Origin: Patescibacteria group bacterium
GTDB taxonomy: Bacteria; Patescibacteriota; Patescibacteriia; Patescibacteriales; JBAZCA01
NCBI GenBank assembly: GCA_041661505.1
Contig: JBAZUF010000003.1
Coordinates: forward strand, 74,772 to 138,771
Direction of reading: 5' to 3'
Length of the DNA stretch: 64,000 bases
A model generated the notes under the pieces. The model searched no databases, was not told where the DNA came from, and worked only from the letters and a program-made list of their open reading frames with translations. Shown here piece by piece: positions 36,461-44,600 of this stretch. A program made the translations under genes and the position numbers. The stretch's first letter is position 1, and the number at the start of each line of letters is the position of its first letter.

Positions 36461-37195
36461 ATGAAAATTTTAGCCTATATCCCGGCCCGGGCCGGATCAA
36501 AGCGGGTGCCGAATAAAAATATAAAGAATTTTTTGGGCAAGCCTTTGATCGCCTATACGGTTTTACAAGCTAAAGCCTGTTCCATAGTAGACCGGGTTGT
36601 CGTGGATACTGACTCGCCAAAGATCGCGCAGATAGCAAAAAAATACGGGGCCGAGGTTCCTTTTTTGCGGCCCGCTCACTTGGCCACTGATAAATCCCAA
36701 GTAGTTTTCAGCTTGCTAAACGTGTTGAATCGGCTGAAAGATGATGAGGGTTATGTTCCTGATTATGTATTATTACTGCAAACCACCTCGCCGCTCCGGG
36801 AGATGAAGGACATCATGGACGCCTGGAAAATGATTAAGTCAACCGATGCCACAACCGTGCTTACTGTGTGCCCAACCCATCCTAAGCTCTATTATTTGGG
36901 AAAAAATAACGAAACAATTTTGGTTAATGGCTCTGAAGGCAAATCAAATAATACCCAAACTTGGCCGCCGGCCTATCTCTTAAACGGCTGTTTTGTTTAT
37001 ATAATAAAAACGAGCGCGCTTCTAAAAGAAAAAAGGATTATCACCAAAAAAACCAAGGCCGTTGTTTGCCCCCGCTGGCGCTCGGTCGATATCGATACGC
37101 CCGAGGATTGGGTGATGGGCGAATTTTTGTATAAGAACAAAAAGGCGATCGAGAAGCGGATAAAATCCTTGGAAAAAAAAGCGCCCCGGCCATAA
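36461..37195 (+). CDS. neuA: Acylneuraminate (nonulosonate) cytidylyltransferase
   Basis: MKILAYIPARAGSKRVPNKNIKNFLGKPLIAYT is the hallmark CMP-NeuAc synthetase N-terminus. LLLQTTSPLR. Confidence 0.75.
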   Translation: MKILAYIPARAGSKRVPNKNIKNFLGKPLIAYTVLQAKACSIVDRVVVDTDSPKIAQIAKKYGAEVPFLRPAHLATDKSQVVFSLLNVLNRLKDDEGYVPDYVLLLQTTSPLREMKDIMDAWKMIKSTDATTVLTVCPTHPKLYYLGKNNETILVNGSEGKSNNTQTWPPAYLLNGCFVYIIKTSALLKEKRIITKKTKAVVCPRWRSVDIDTPEDWVMGEFLYKNKKAIEKRIKSLEKKAPRP

Positions 37196-37212
37196 AGACC
37201 GGGTTTTTCTTT
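37185..37212 (+). terminator. Terminator-like hairpin overlapping the neuA stop
   Basis: CCCGG-N9-CCGGG (5 GC pairs) followed by TTTTTCTTT. Confidence 0.35.
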
Positions 37213-37271
37213 AGGGGGCGAACACCGGGAAATCCATTGAAAGATGCATATATTAGTGCTAAACTGGATTT

Positions 37272-38225
37272 ATGTCAAAAGTAAAAAAACTGAAAATCGG
37301 CATCATCGGTTTTGGCTCAATCGGCCAAAGGCATTTTAATAATTTAGCCCAGTATAAGCCTGAAATAACGGTTTTTTCAAAGCACAAAGATGTTCTGGGC
37401 CAGGCGGTTAATAACTGGGGAGATTTTAAAAAATTCGGGCCTTTTGACGCGATTTTTGTTACCAATGAAACCCATAAGCATGTGCCGACGATTTTTAAGT
37501 GCCTGGAATTAAAACCCCGGGCAATTTTTGTCGAAAAGCCGATTTCCCATAGTTTGGACGGTTTGGCTAAAGTAATGGAGGAAGCAAAGAAGAAAAAGAT
37601 TAGCCTTTGGGTCGGCTACAATTTTCAGTTTTATAAGCCATTTTTGAAGATAAAAGAAATACTGAAATCGCGCGCGATTGGAAAAATTTATTACGCCCGG
37701 GTTTCAGCCGGGCAGGATCTGCGCGAATGGCGCAAAAGGGATTATAGGTTAAACTATGGAGCAAAAAAATTCCAAGGCGGAGGCGTGATGCTTGATTTGG
37801 TCCATGAGATAAACTACGCCGGCTGGATTTTAGGTGAAAAACTAATTCCCAAGACCGCGCTTGTCAGTAAAGTGTCGAACTTAGAAATTGACACAGAAGA
37901 CTGCGCAGAAAGCATATTTTCGACTAAAGACGGAACCGTGGTTAGCGTGCACCAGGATTATTTGCGCATCCCCGGAAAGCGCGGATTAGAATTAGTGGGA
38001 GAAAAAGGTACTCTCGCTTGGGATTCACAAGCTAATCAAATTTGCGTTTATGGAAGGAAGGGAGTTAAGCGTATTAATATTAATCAGGAAAGAAACGGAA
38101 TGTTTAAGGATGAATTGGAGTTTTTCCTTAACCAGTTAAAAAAGAATAAATTTTTTACCAATATTGAGGAAGCGATTCGGGATGTTAAAAATATTGTCTA
38201 TTTGAAAAAGCATGCGAAAAAATAA
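37272..38225 (+). CDS. Gfo/Idh/MocA family oxidoreductase
   Basis: KIGIIGFGSIGQRHFNNL Rossmann start and VEKPISHS motif. Paralog of 48247-49191. Confidence 0.7.
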   Translation: MSKVKKLKIGIIGFGSIGQRHFNNLAQYKPEITVFSKHKDVLGQAVNNWGDFKKFGPFDAIFVTNETHKHVPTIFKCLELKPRAIFVEKPISHSLDGLAKVMEEAKKKKISLWVGYNFQFYKPFLKIKEILKSRAIGKIYYARVSAGQDLREWRKRDYRLNYGAKKFQGGGVMLDLVHEINYAGWILGEKLIPKTALVSKVSNLEIDTEDCAESIFSTKDGTVVSVHQDYLRIPGKRGLELVGEKGTLAWDSQANQICVYGRKGVKRININQERNGMFKDELEFFLNQLKKNKFFTNIEEAIRDVKNIVYLKKHAKK

Positions 38226-39231
38226 ACTAAAAATTTTACAAATCGGCCTGGGATCGATGGGAAAGAGGCGGATCCGCAACCTGCTTTTTCACGAAATAAA
38301 AGAAAGCCAAATCATCGGTTTTGATCTTGCGGCGCCGAGACGAAAGGAAATGGAAAAATTATTCCCGGAGATAAAGACTTATGGCGATTTTAATTTAGCC
38401 ATGAAAAATGAATCGCCGAACGTTTTTATAATTTCCACTCCGCCAAATCTGCACCACGACTATTTTCTCTTTGCCGCCAAAAATAAAATCAATTTTTTTT
38501 GCGAAGTGCCAACTAATGATAAGGGCTATAAAGAATTGATGCCCAAGCTGTCTAATAAATTCGTCGCCGCCCCGTCCTGCACTTTCCGTTACGTTCCGGC
38601 CATAAAAAAAATAAAAGAGCTTTTGGGCAATGGAATAATTGGAAAGCCTTTGATATTTAATCACTATCTTGGGCAATACCTGCCTGACTGGCATCCGTAT
38701 GAAGATTACCGAAAAGTCTACTTTGCCAAAAAAGAAACCGGCGGGGCTAAAGAAATGCTCCCTTATGAATTAGTCTGGCTAAGCCATATTTTCAAATCCG
38801 AGCCGAAGAAAGCAACCGGCGCGTGCCGTAAAGTGTCGGACCTGGAAATGACGGCGGATGATGTTTATTCAGTGATTGTGCAATTTGAAAACGGCGTTTT
38901 GGGCAACATGATGATTGATTTATTAAATCGGGAAGCCGGCCGGACATTAAGGATTATCGGGACTCAAGGAACGCTGGACTGGGATTGGCTCGGGTATTCA
39001 ATAAGGATTAAGCAGGCAGGAGTTAAAACGGCCAAGCTGATAAATGTAAAAAAAGAAAAAAAATTCAAGCACTATAATACGACCGAAGACATTTATCGGG
39101 AAGAAATGAAAAAGTTTTTAGATGCAGTTTGCGGCAAAAAGAAATATCCTTACAGCTATAAAGAGGATTATCGGATTTTAAAAGTTTACGGCGCGGTAGA
39201 GAAGGGTAATAATTTAAAAGAGCTGGATTAG
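38212..39231 (+). CDS. Gfo/Idh/MocA family oxidoreductase
   Basis: LKILQIGLGSMGKRRIRNL, STPPNLHHDY, FFCEVP. 14-nt overlap with the upstream paralog. Confidence 0.65.
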   Translation: MRKNKLKILQIGLGSMGKRRIRNLLFHEIKESQIIGFDLAAPRRKEMEKLFPEIKTYGDFNLAMKNESPNVFIISTPPNLHHDYFLFAAKNKINFFCEVPTNDKGYKELMPKLSNKFVAAPSCTFRYVPAIKKIKELLGNGIIGKPLIFNHYLGQYLPDWHPYEDYRKVYFAKKETGGAKEMLPYELVWLSHIFKSEPKKATGACRKVSDLEMTADDVYSVIVQFENGVLGNMMIDLLNREAGRTLRIIGTQGTLDWDWLGYSIRIKQAGVKTAKLINVKKEKKFKHYNTTEDIYREEMKKFLDAVCGKKKYPYSYKEDYRILKVYGAVEKGNNLKELD

Positions 39232-39240
39232 GATTAGTAT

Positions 39241-40281
39241 ATGAACAACTTTATCCAAATTGGCAATAGAAAAATCGGAAAAGATTATCCGCCTTTTGTT
39301 ATCGCTGAAATTGGTATTAATCATGAAGGCGATTTTGACAAGGCCGTCCGGATGATTAATGACGCTAAAGGGGCCGGGGCCGACTGCGTGAAATTCCAGT
39401 GCCACGTAGTCGAGGATGAGATGGCGCCGGAAGCGAAGAAAATAATTCCCGCCCATGCGGGAGAGTCGATTTGGGATATAATGGTGCGCTGTGCTTTTCG
39501 AGAAGAAAAAGAGAGGGAGCTGAAAAAATTAGTGGAAGAGGCCGGGATGATTTATCTGTCCACGCCTTTTTCCCGGGCCGCGGCTGACCGATTGGAAAAG
39601 ATGGACGTTTTAGCCTATAAAATCGGGTCGGGGGAATGTAATAATTATCCGCTTTTAAAGCATATTGCCGGTTTTGGAAAACCGATTATTTTATCGACCG
39701 GGATGAATGATATTGAATCCATTAGAAAAAGCGCTGAAATTTTCCGCGACGCTAAATTGCCTTATGCATTATTACACTGCACTTCCATGTATCCCGCGCC
39801 TTATAACAAAGTGCGCCTGGGCGCCTTGGAAGAGATGAGCCGGGAATTTCCGGACGCGGTTATCGGCTTGTCAGATCACAGCTTGGGAATTTATACCTGC
39901 CTTGGCGCGGTTTCCTTGGGGGCCGCAATCCTGGAAAAACATTTTACTTCGGATAAAACTTGGCCCGGTCCGGATATTGCTTTGTCCATTGATCCGGCTG
40001 AATTAAAAGAAATGGTTATCGGCGCGCGGGCTATTTTTGAGGCTCTGGGAGGCAAAAAAGGAATTTTACCCGAAGAGCAGGGGATAATTGATTTTGCCTA
40101 CGCCTGCGTGGTGACAATTAAGGACATAAAAGCCGGAGAAAAATTTTCTCCGGAAAATATTTGGGTCAAGCGGCCGGGCACCGGGGAAATAAAAGCGGTT
40201 GATTATGAAAGTTTATTCGGCAGATCTGCTGCCCGTGATTTGCCGGCCGATGTTCAGGTGAAGAGAAGCGACGTGGTTTAA
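39241..40281 (+). CDS. neuB: N-acetylneuraminate/legionaminate synthase family (NeuB-type) with C-terminal SAF domain
   Basis: PPFVIAEIGINHEGDFDKAVRMI, DCVKFQ, KIGSGE, LSDHS, LEKHFT, and a C-terminal SAF-like region IKAGEKFSPENIWVKRPG. Confidence 0.8.
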   Translation: MNNFIQIGNRKIGKDYPPFVIAEIGINHEGDFDKAVRMINDAKGAGADCVKFQCHVVEDEMAPEAKKIIPAHAGESIWDIMVRCAFREEKERELKKLVEEAGMIYLSTPFSRAAADRLEKMDVLAYKIGSGECNNYPLLKHIAGFGKPIILSTGMNDIESIRKSAEIFRDAKLPYALLHCTSMYPAPYNKVRLGALEEMSREFPDAVIGLSDHSLGIYTCLGAVSLGAAILEKHFTSDKTWPGPDIALSIDPAELKEMVIGARAIFEALGGKKGILPEEQGIIDFAYACVVTIKDIKAGEKFSPENIWVKRPGTGEIKAVDYESLFGRSAARDLPADVQVKRSDVV

Positions 40282-40399
40282 AAAAGATGCAGTTTAAGGA
40301 AGCGGATTAAGCGGTTTGACACCGCTTCGCGGCAAGCCCCTTATGCCCGGTATGGGAGCGCGCATGGGCGTTTGACAACCATGGCAAAAATAAAGCGAT

Positions 40400-41557
40400 A
40401 TGAAAAATGAAAAAAGAAAAATATTATTCATAACCGAACGCCGGGCGGATTACAGCCGGCTAAAGCCGATCATGCAGGCGGTGCGAAAAAGCCGGAAACT
40501 GGAATTAAAGCTTTTAGTTACCGGCGCGCATTTATTAAAGGATTTCGGCGAAACCAGAAAAATAATAGAGAGCGATGGTTTTAGAGTGGACGCGGTTTTG
40601 CCGATTTTTACGCATCAAGATGATGACGAAGGAACGCACATGATAAAAGCCATGGGCAAGGCTTTAATCGGCATGGCCGATGTTTTTAACCGGCTCAAGC
40701 CTGATATAGTGTTCTGTGGCTTTGACTTAGGCGCGCATCTCGCCGCCGCCATAGCCGGAATGCATTTAAACATCCACGTCGTCCATATCCAGGGCGGGGA
40801 AGTATCCGGAACAATAGATGAAGTTTTGCGCCATGCCCTTACAAAATTTTCACATATTCATTTAGCGGCAACCTACAAAAGCGTGAAACGGATAATAAAA
40901 ATGGGAGAAGATCCGCGCTATGTTTTTAATGTAGGCTCGCCTACTATCGATACTATCCGGTCAATTAAATATCCTTCAAAAGAAACGATCTGCAAAAAAT
41001 ATGGCTTGGATGCAAAAAAGAAACTGATAATTTTTTCCCAGCATCCGGTAACCACCGAAGTAAAAGAAGTGGTTAATCAAATTAATGAGAGCATCAACGC
41101 CTTAAAATACGCAGCAAAAAAATACAACCTGGAAGTCCTGGCTATCTATTCCAATAATGACGCCGGAGGAAAGCGCATAATCTCGAGCCTGAAAAAATCC
41201 GGGATAAAGGTCTTGCCGCATATTGTTTATGAAGATTACTTGCGTCTTATGAAAGTGGCTGATGCTTTAGTCGGGAATTCTTCCGCTGGAATCCACGAAG
41301 CGCCGTCCTTCGGACTGCCGACCGTTAACATCGGTTCGCGCGAACAATACCGCGAGCGGGGAGTGAATGTTATTGACTCGCGATGCAGTAAAAGGGATAT
41401 AACAAAAGCAGTGGAGAAATGCCTGTTTGATAAAAAATTTATTGCCAAAGTAAGGCGCGGAAAAAATCCTTATGATAACGGGCTGACGGCTAAAAAGGTG
41501 GTGAAGATTTTGGAAACTATCAAATTACCGCCGATTCAGAAGGTAATCACTTATTAG
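40400..41557 (+). CDS. neuC: UDP-N-acetylglucosamine 2-epimerase (hydrolysing), NeuC/LegG-type
   Basis: KILFITERRADYSRLKPIM, HIQGGEVSGTIDEVLRHALTKFSHIH, GNSSAGIHEAPSFGLPTVNIG. Confidence 0.8.
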   Translation: MKNEKRKILFITERRADYSRLKPIMQAVRKSRKLELKLLVTGAHLLKDFGETRKIIESDGFRVDAVLPIFTHQDDDEGTHMIKAMGKALIGMADVFNRLKPDIVFCGFDLGAHLAAAIAGMHLNIHVVHIQGGEVSGTIDEVLRHALTKFSHIHLAATYKSVKRIIKMGEDPRYVFNVGSPTIDTIRSIKYPSKETICKKYGLDAKKKLIIFSQHPVTTEVKEVVNQINESINALKYAAKKYNLEVLAIYSNNDAGGKRIISSLKKSGIKVLPHIVYEDYLRLMKVADALVGNSSAGIHEAPSFGLPTVNIGSREQYRERGVNVIDSRCSKRDITKAVEKCLFDKKFIAKVRRGKNPYDNGLTAKKVVKILETIKLPPIQKVITY

Positions 41558-41631
41558 CCGCCCGGAAAATGAAGGATGGGCAAGCTCGCTTCTTGTATTT
41601 ATTTATAGATTTTCATCGTTACATAAGCATT

Positions 41632-42486
41632 ATGAAGGCTTTGTTATTAGGCGGGACCGGATTCATTGGAACAAGCCTGGCGCGGGAGCTTATTGGCGCC
41701 GGAGCCGAGGTAATTTTAGTTGGCCTTAATTCCTTGCCAGATAGCGGGAGCTATGGTAAATTATTAAGCCATCAGATTGATTTAACCCGGCCTTCGGAGG
41801 ATTTGAAAAAATTGGCTGATGATAGCGATATTATCGTTATTTTAACCCAGCCGGATAAGAAGATTATTGACAATTTAATAGAAATATTTCAAGAGCTGAA
41901 AGAAAGAAAAAAGATTATTTATCTTTCCTCAATGCTCATATACCGGGATGAGCTGAAACTGGCAGATGAAAAATCTCCAATCCAGCCGGTTTCCGAATAT
42001 GAAAAAGGCAAGATCTGGGAAGAAGAAAGGCTGGGCGGAATAAGCCAAACCCATTCGATAATTATCGCCCGGCTGGCGAATGTTTACGGCAACAATCTGA
42101 ACCGGGGAATAATAAAAAAAATATTCAGCTCTTGTTTAGAAGGGAAAGAGCTTACTATTAACGGCGGCGGCAATTCAGTGAGAGATTACATTTATATCAG
42201 CGACCTAACGGCCTTTCTTAAATTATTGATTTTTTCCGATGCCGGGAAGGGAAAAGAAATTTACAATATTTGTACGGGCGAAGGAACCTCGGTAAACCAA
42301 CTCGTTAAAATGATTGGAGGGATTTGCAATAAAGAGATTAAGGTAAGGCACGCCCCGAAGATTATTGAAAAAGAGAGAATTGTCGGAGCTAACGGAAAAA
42401 TTACTGATAAAGCGGGATACCGGGCTGAATACGATATTAAAAAAGGATTGGTTGCGACATACAAAAATTTTTTAGGAAGAAAATAA
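41632..42486 (+). CDS. NAD-dependent epimerase/dehydratase (SDR)
   Basis: MKALLLGGTGFIGTSL Rossmann start and YEKGKIWEE (YxxxK). Start moved from 41569 to ATG 41632 so the Gly-rich loop is N-terminal. Confidence 0.6.
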   Translation: MKALLLGGTGFIGTSLARELIGAGAEVILVGLNSLPDSGSYGKLLSHQIDLTRPSEDLKKLADDSDIIVILTQPDKKIIDNLIEIFQELKERKKIIYLSSMLIYRDELKLADEKSPIQPVSEYEKGKIWEEERLGGISQTHSIIIARLANVYGNNLNRGIIKKIFSSCLEGKELTINGGGNSVRDYIYISDLTAFLKLLIFSDAGKGKEIYNICTGEGTSVNQLVKMIGGICNKEIKVRHAPKIIEKERIVGANGKITDKAGYRAEYDIKKGLVATYKNFLGRK

Positions 42487-42488
42487 CT

Positions 42489-43430
42489 ATGGAATGCCGG
42501 CTTTGCCAGTCAAAAAAAATAAAAGTGCTTAAAAGGGAATTAAGATATAAGACCCGGCGAAATGTTTTAAGCTGCCAAGCTTGCGGATTTATTTTCCTTG
42601 CCCCCTCCCAAAGCCAAATAAATTATCAAAGCAAGGATTATCGGAAAAAGTTCGGTCCGAGTTTAAAAAGAACTTCGGCCAGCCGGGAGATTTTTAGCCT
42701 TTATTCAAAATTCCAGGAGCCGATATTGAAAAATTTAAGGCCGATACTGAATAAAAGAATGAAAGTGCTGGATATCGGCTGTTCGACCGGACATTTTCTT
42801 AGCTCTTTGAAGGGACTGGTTGGGGAAAGGGTGGGGTTGGAATTAAGCCGCGATGCAGTGAATTTCATCAGGCGCAATCTTGACTTTAAAGTTTATTCCA
42901 AGCCGCTGGGGAGCGAACCGATAAAAGAAGGGCCGTTTGATTTAATAACTTGCCTTCAGGTTTTAGAGCATATTGAAAATCCGGCATATTTCCTAAAGGA
43001 AGTTGAAAAAAATTTAAAGCCCGGCGGATGGCTTTACATTGAAGTGCCGAACGTCGAGGACGCGCTATTGAAGCTATTTGCAGTTAAGGGCTATTTTGAC
43101 TTCTATTTTCGCGAGGCCCATGTATCCTATTTTAGCCAAAGGACTTTAAAAATGCTCTTAGCTCAAGCCGGATTTAAAGGCAAAATTTTTACCGCGCAAT
43201 GCTATAACATCTTAAATCACATTAACTGGGTTTTAACCGGAAGCCCGCAGGATAATTTTCAAACCGGGAATAGCGCGCCAGGGCTGGCAGTAGAAAAAGG
43301 CGGCAATCTGAAGGCCAAGCGGGAAATAAACAAAATAGTAAGAAAAATGGATATTGAATATAAAAAGATACTGGAAAAAAACGGCTTGGGAGAAAACATT
43401 GTTTTCTTAGGAAAGAAAAACGTCCATTGA
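42489..43430 (+). CDS. Class I SAM-dependent methyltransferase with N-terminal zinc ribbon
   Basis: CRLCQS..x..CQACGF ribbon, VLDIGCSTGHFL, ITCLQVLEHI, LKPGGWLYIEVPN. Confidence 0.75.
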   Translation: MECRLCQSKKIKVLKRELRYKTRRNVLSCQACGFIFLAPSQSQINYQSKDYRKKFGPSLKRTSASREIFSLYSKFQEPILKNLRPILNKRMKVLDIGCSTGHFLSSLKGLVGERVGLELSRDAVNFIRRNLDFKVYSKPLGSEPIKEGPFDLITCLQVLEHIENPAYFLKEVEKNLKPGGWLYIEVPNVEDALLKLFAVKGYFDFYFREAHVSYFSQRTLKMLLAQAGFKGKIFTAQCYNILNHINWVLTGSPQDNFQTGNSAPGLAVEKGGNLKAKREINKIVRKMDIEYKKILEKNGLGENIVFLGKKNVH

Positions 43431-43444
43431 AGCTATCGATTTTT

Positions 43445-43462
43445 ATTGCAAAGCCGTGCAAT
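43445..43462 (+). other. Stem-loop ending 20 nt before ATG 43483
   Basis: ATTGCA-AAGCCG-TGCAAT, a perfect 6-bp stem. Confidence 0.4.
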
Positions 43463-43482
43463 CGGGCGCTCAATACTAAAGT

Positions 43483-44532
43483 ATGCAAAATGAATTTAAA
43501 AACAAAAAAATATTAGTAACTGGCGGAACCGGCTCGATTGGTTCGGTTATTGTAAAGAGCCTTTTAAAATTCGAACCGGCCCAGATCCGGGTTTTGTCTC
43601 GGGACGAATCCAAACAGCAGGCTCTCGCCCAGGAGCTCTCCGGCGATTTAAGGGTGAGGCTTTTAATCGGCGACATAAGAAACAAGGAAAGGGTGTTTAA
43701 GGCTATGGAAAACATTGATATTGTTTTCCACGCCGCCGCCATGAAGCACGTCTTATCCTGCGAAAATGACCCCTACGAGGCGGTAGAAACCAACGTCCGG
43801 GGGATGCAGAATATTATTGACTGCGCTATGGCCCACGACGTCGCGAAAGTAGTCGGCATTTCAACCGATAAAGCGACCGATCCGGTAAGCGTCATGGGCT
43901 GTACTAAGCTCTTGGCCGAAAAGGTGATGCTCGCCCATTACATGGGATCGCACCCGACTAAGTTTTGTTTTGTCCGCTTTGGCAATGTCCTAAATTCCCG
44001 CGGGTCGGTTTTACCGATATTTTACAAGCAAATCGCCAAAGGCGGGCCGGTAACCGTAACTGACAGGAATGTTGCCCGTTTTTTTATGTCCATAGAAGAA
44101 GCGGTGGAGCTGGTATTTAAAGCCTCCTCCTTAATGCAGGACCGCGAGATATTCGTTTTGAAAAATATGGCCATCGTCAGAATTTATGATTTAGCCAAAG
44201 CCATGATCGAGCTTTACGCCCCGCGCTTCGGCCATGATCCGAAAAAAATAAAAATTATAATTACCGGCTTAAAGCGGGGCGAGCGGATGCACGAAAAACT
44301 TTTAACCAAAGATGAATCCCGCTATGCTTTGGAAAATAAGGATATGGTTATCATCACTCCGGTAATCACTTACGGCCACAACGTTGAGCCAAAATACAAG
44401 GACGCGAAAAAATGCCGGGTTGGGGATTATGCCACCGAAGGAAAAAGATGCCTGCCGGTGGAGAAGATAAAGAAGCTTCTCATAAAGGATGAATATAAGC
44501 TGAACGGATCGATAAATAATTTTTATTTTTAA
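43483..44532 (+). CDS. Nucleotide-sugar 4,6-dehydratase, PseB/LegB/CapD-like (paralog A)
   Basis: KKILVTGGTGSIGSVIV, LIGDIRN, VFHAAAMKHV, STDKA, MGCTKLLAEK. Paralogous to 46118-47143. Confidence 0.7.
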   Translation: MQNEFKNKKILVTGGTGSIGSVIVKSLLKFEPAQIRVLSRDESKQQALAQELSGDLRVRLLIGDIRNKERVFKAMENIDIVFHAAAMKHVLSCENDPYEAVETNVRGMQNIIDCAMAHDVAKVVGISTDKATDPVSVMGCTKLLAEKVMLAHYMGSHPTKFCFVRFGNVLNSRGSVLPIFYKQIAKGGPVTVTDRNVARFFMSIEEAVELVFKASSLMQDREIFVLKNMAIVRIYDLAKAMIELYAPRFGHDPKKIKIIITGLKRGERMHEKLLTKDESRYALENKDMVIITPVITYGHNVEPKYKDAKKCRVGDYATEGKRCLPVEKIKKLLIKDEYKLNGSINNFYF

Positions 44533-44550
44533 TTGAAAAAGTGATATTTG

Positions 44551-44564
44551 TCCGGGATCCCGGA
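44551..44564. promoter_or_regulatory. Perfect 14-bp palindrome TCCGGGATCCCGGA (operator-like)
   Basis: Self-complementary as read. It occupies the -35 position of the extended -10 TGGTAAAAT at 44577-44585, upstream of the KpsC/S-like gene. Confidence 0.45.
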
Positions 44565-44576
44565 GAAAGATTATTT

Positions 44577-44585
44577 TGGTAAAAT
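44577..44585 (+). promoter_or_regulatory. Extended -10 element TGGTAAAAT
   Basis: TGnTAAAAT read directly. ATG 44601 lies 15 nt downstream. Confidence 0.35.
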
Positions 44586-44600
44586 TGGAACTAAAAGTTT

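Noticed and set aside
41569-41631. N-terminal extensions given by the ORF track at 41569, 46052, 47085, 48208, 49222, 53208, 54313 and 58445.
   Set aside because: Each extension either overlaps the upstream gene, starts at TTG, or precedes a canonical family N-terminus (GGTGFIG, GGTGSFG, MIPYGRQ, GFGSIGQRH, IIQARMGSSRLPGK, MRVLLF, a signal peptide). The internal ATGs were preferred.
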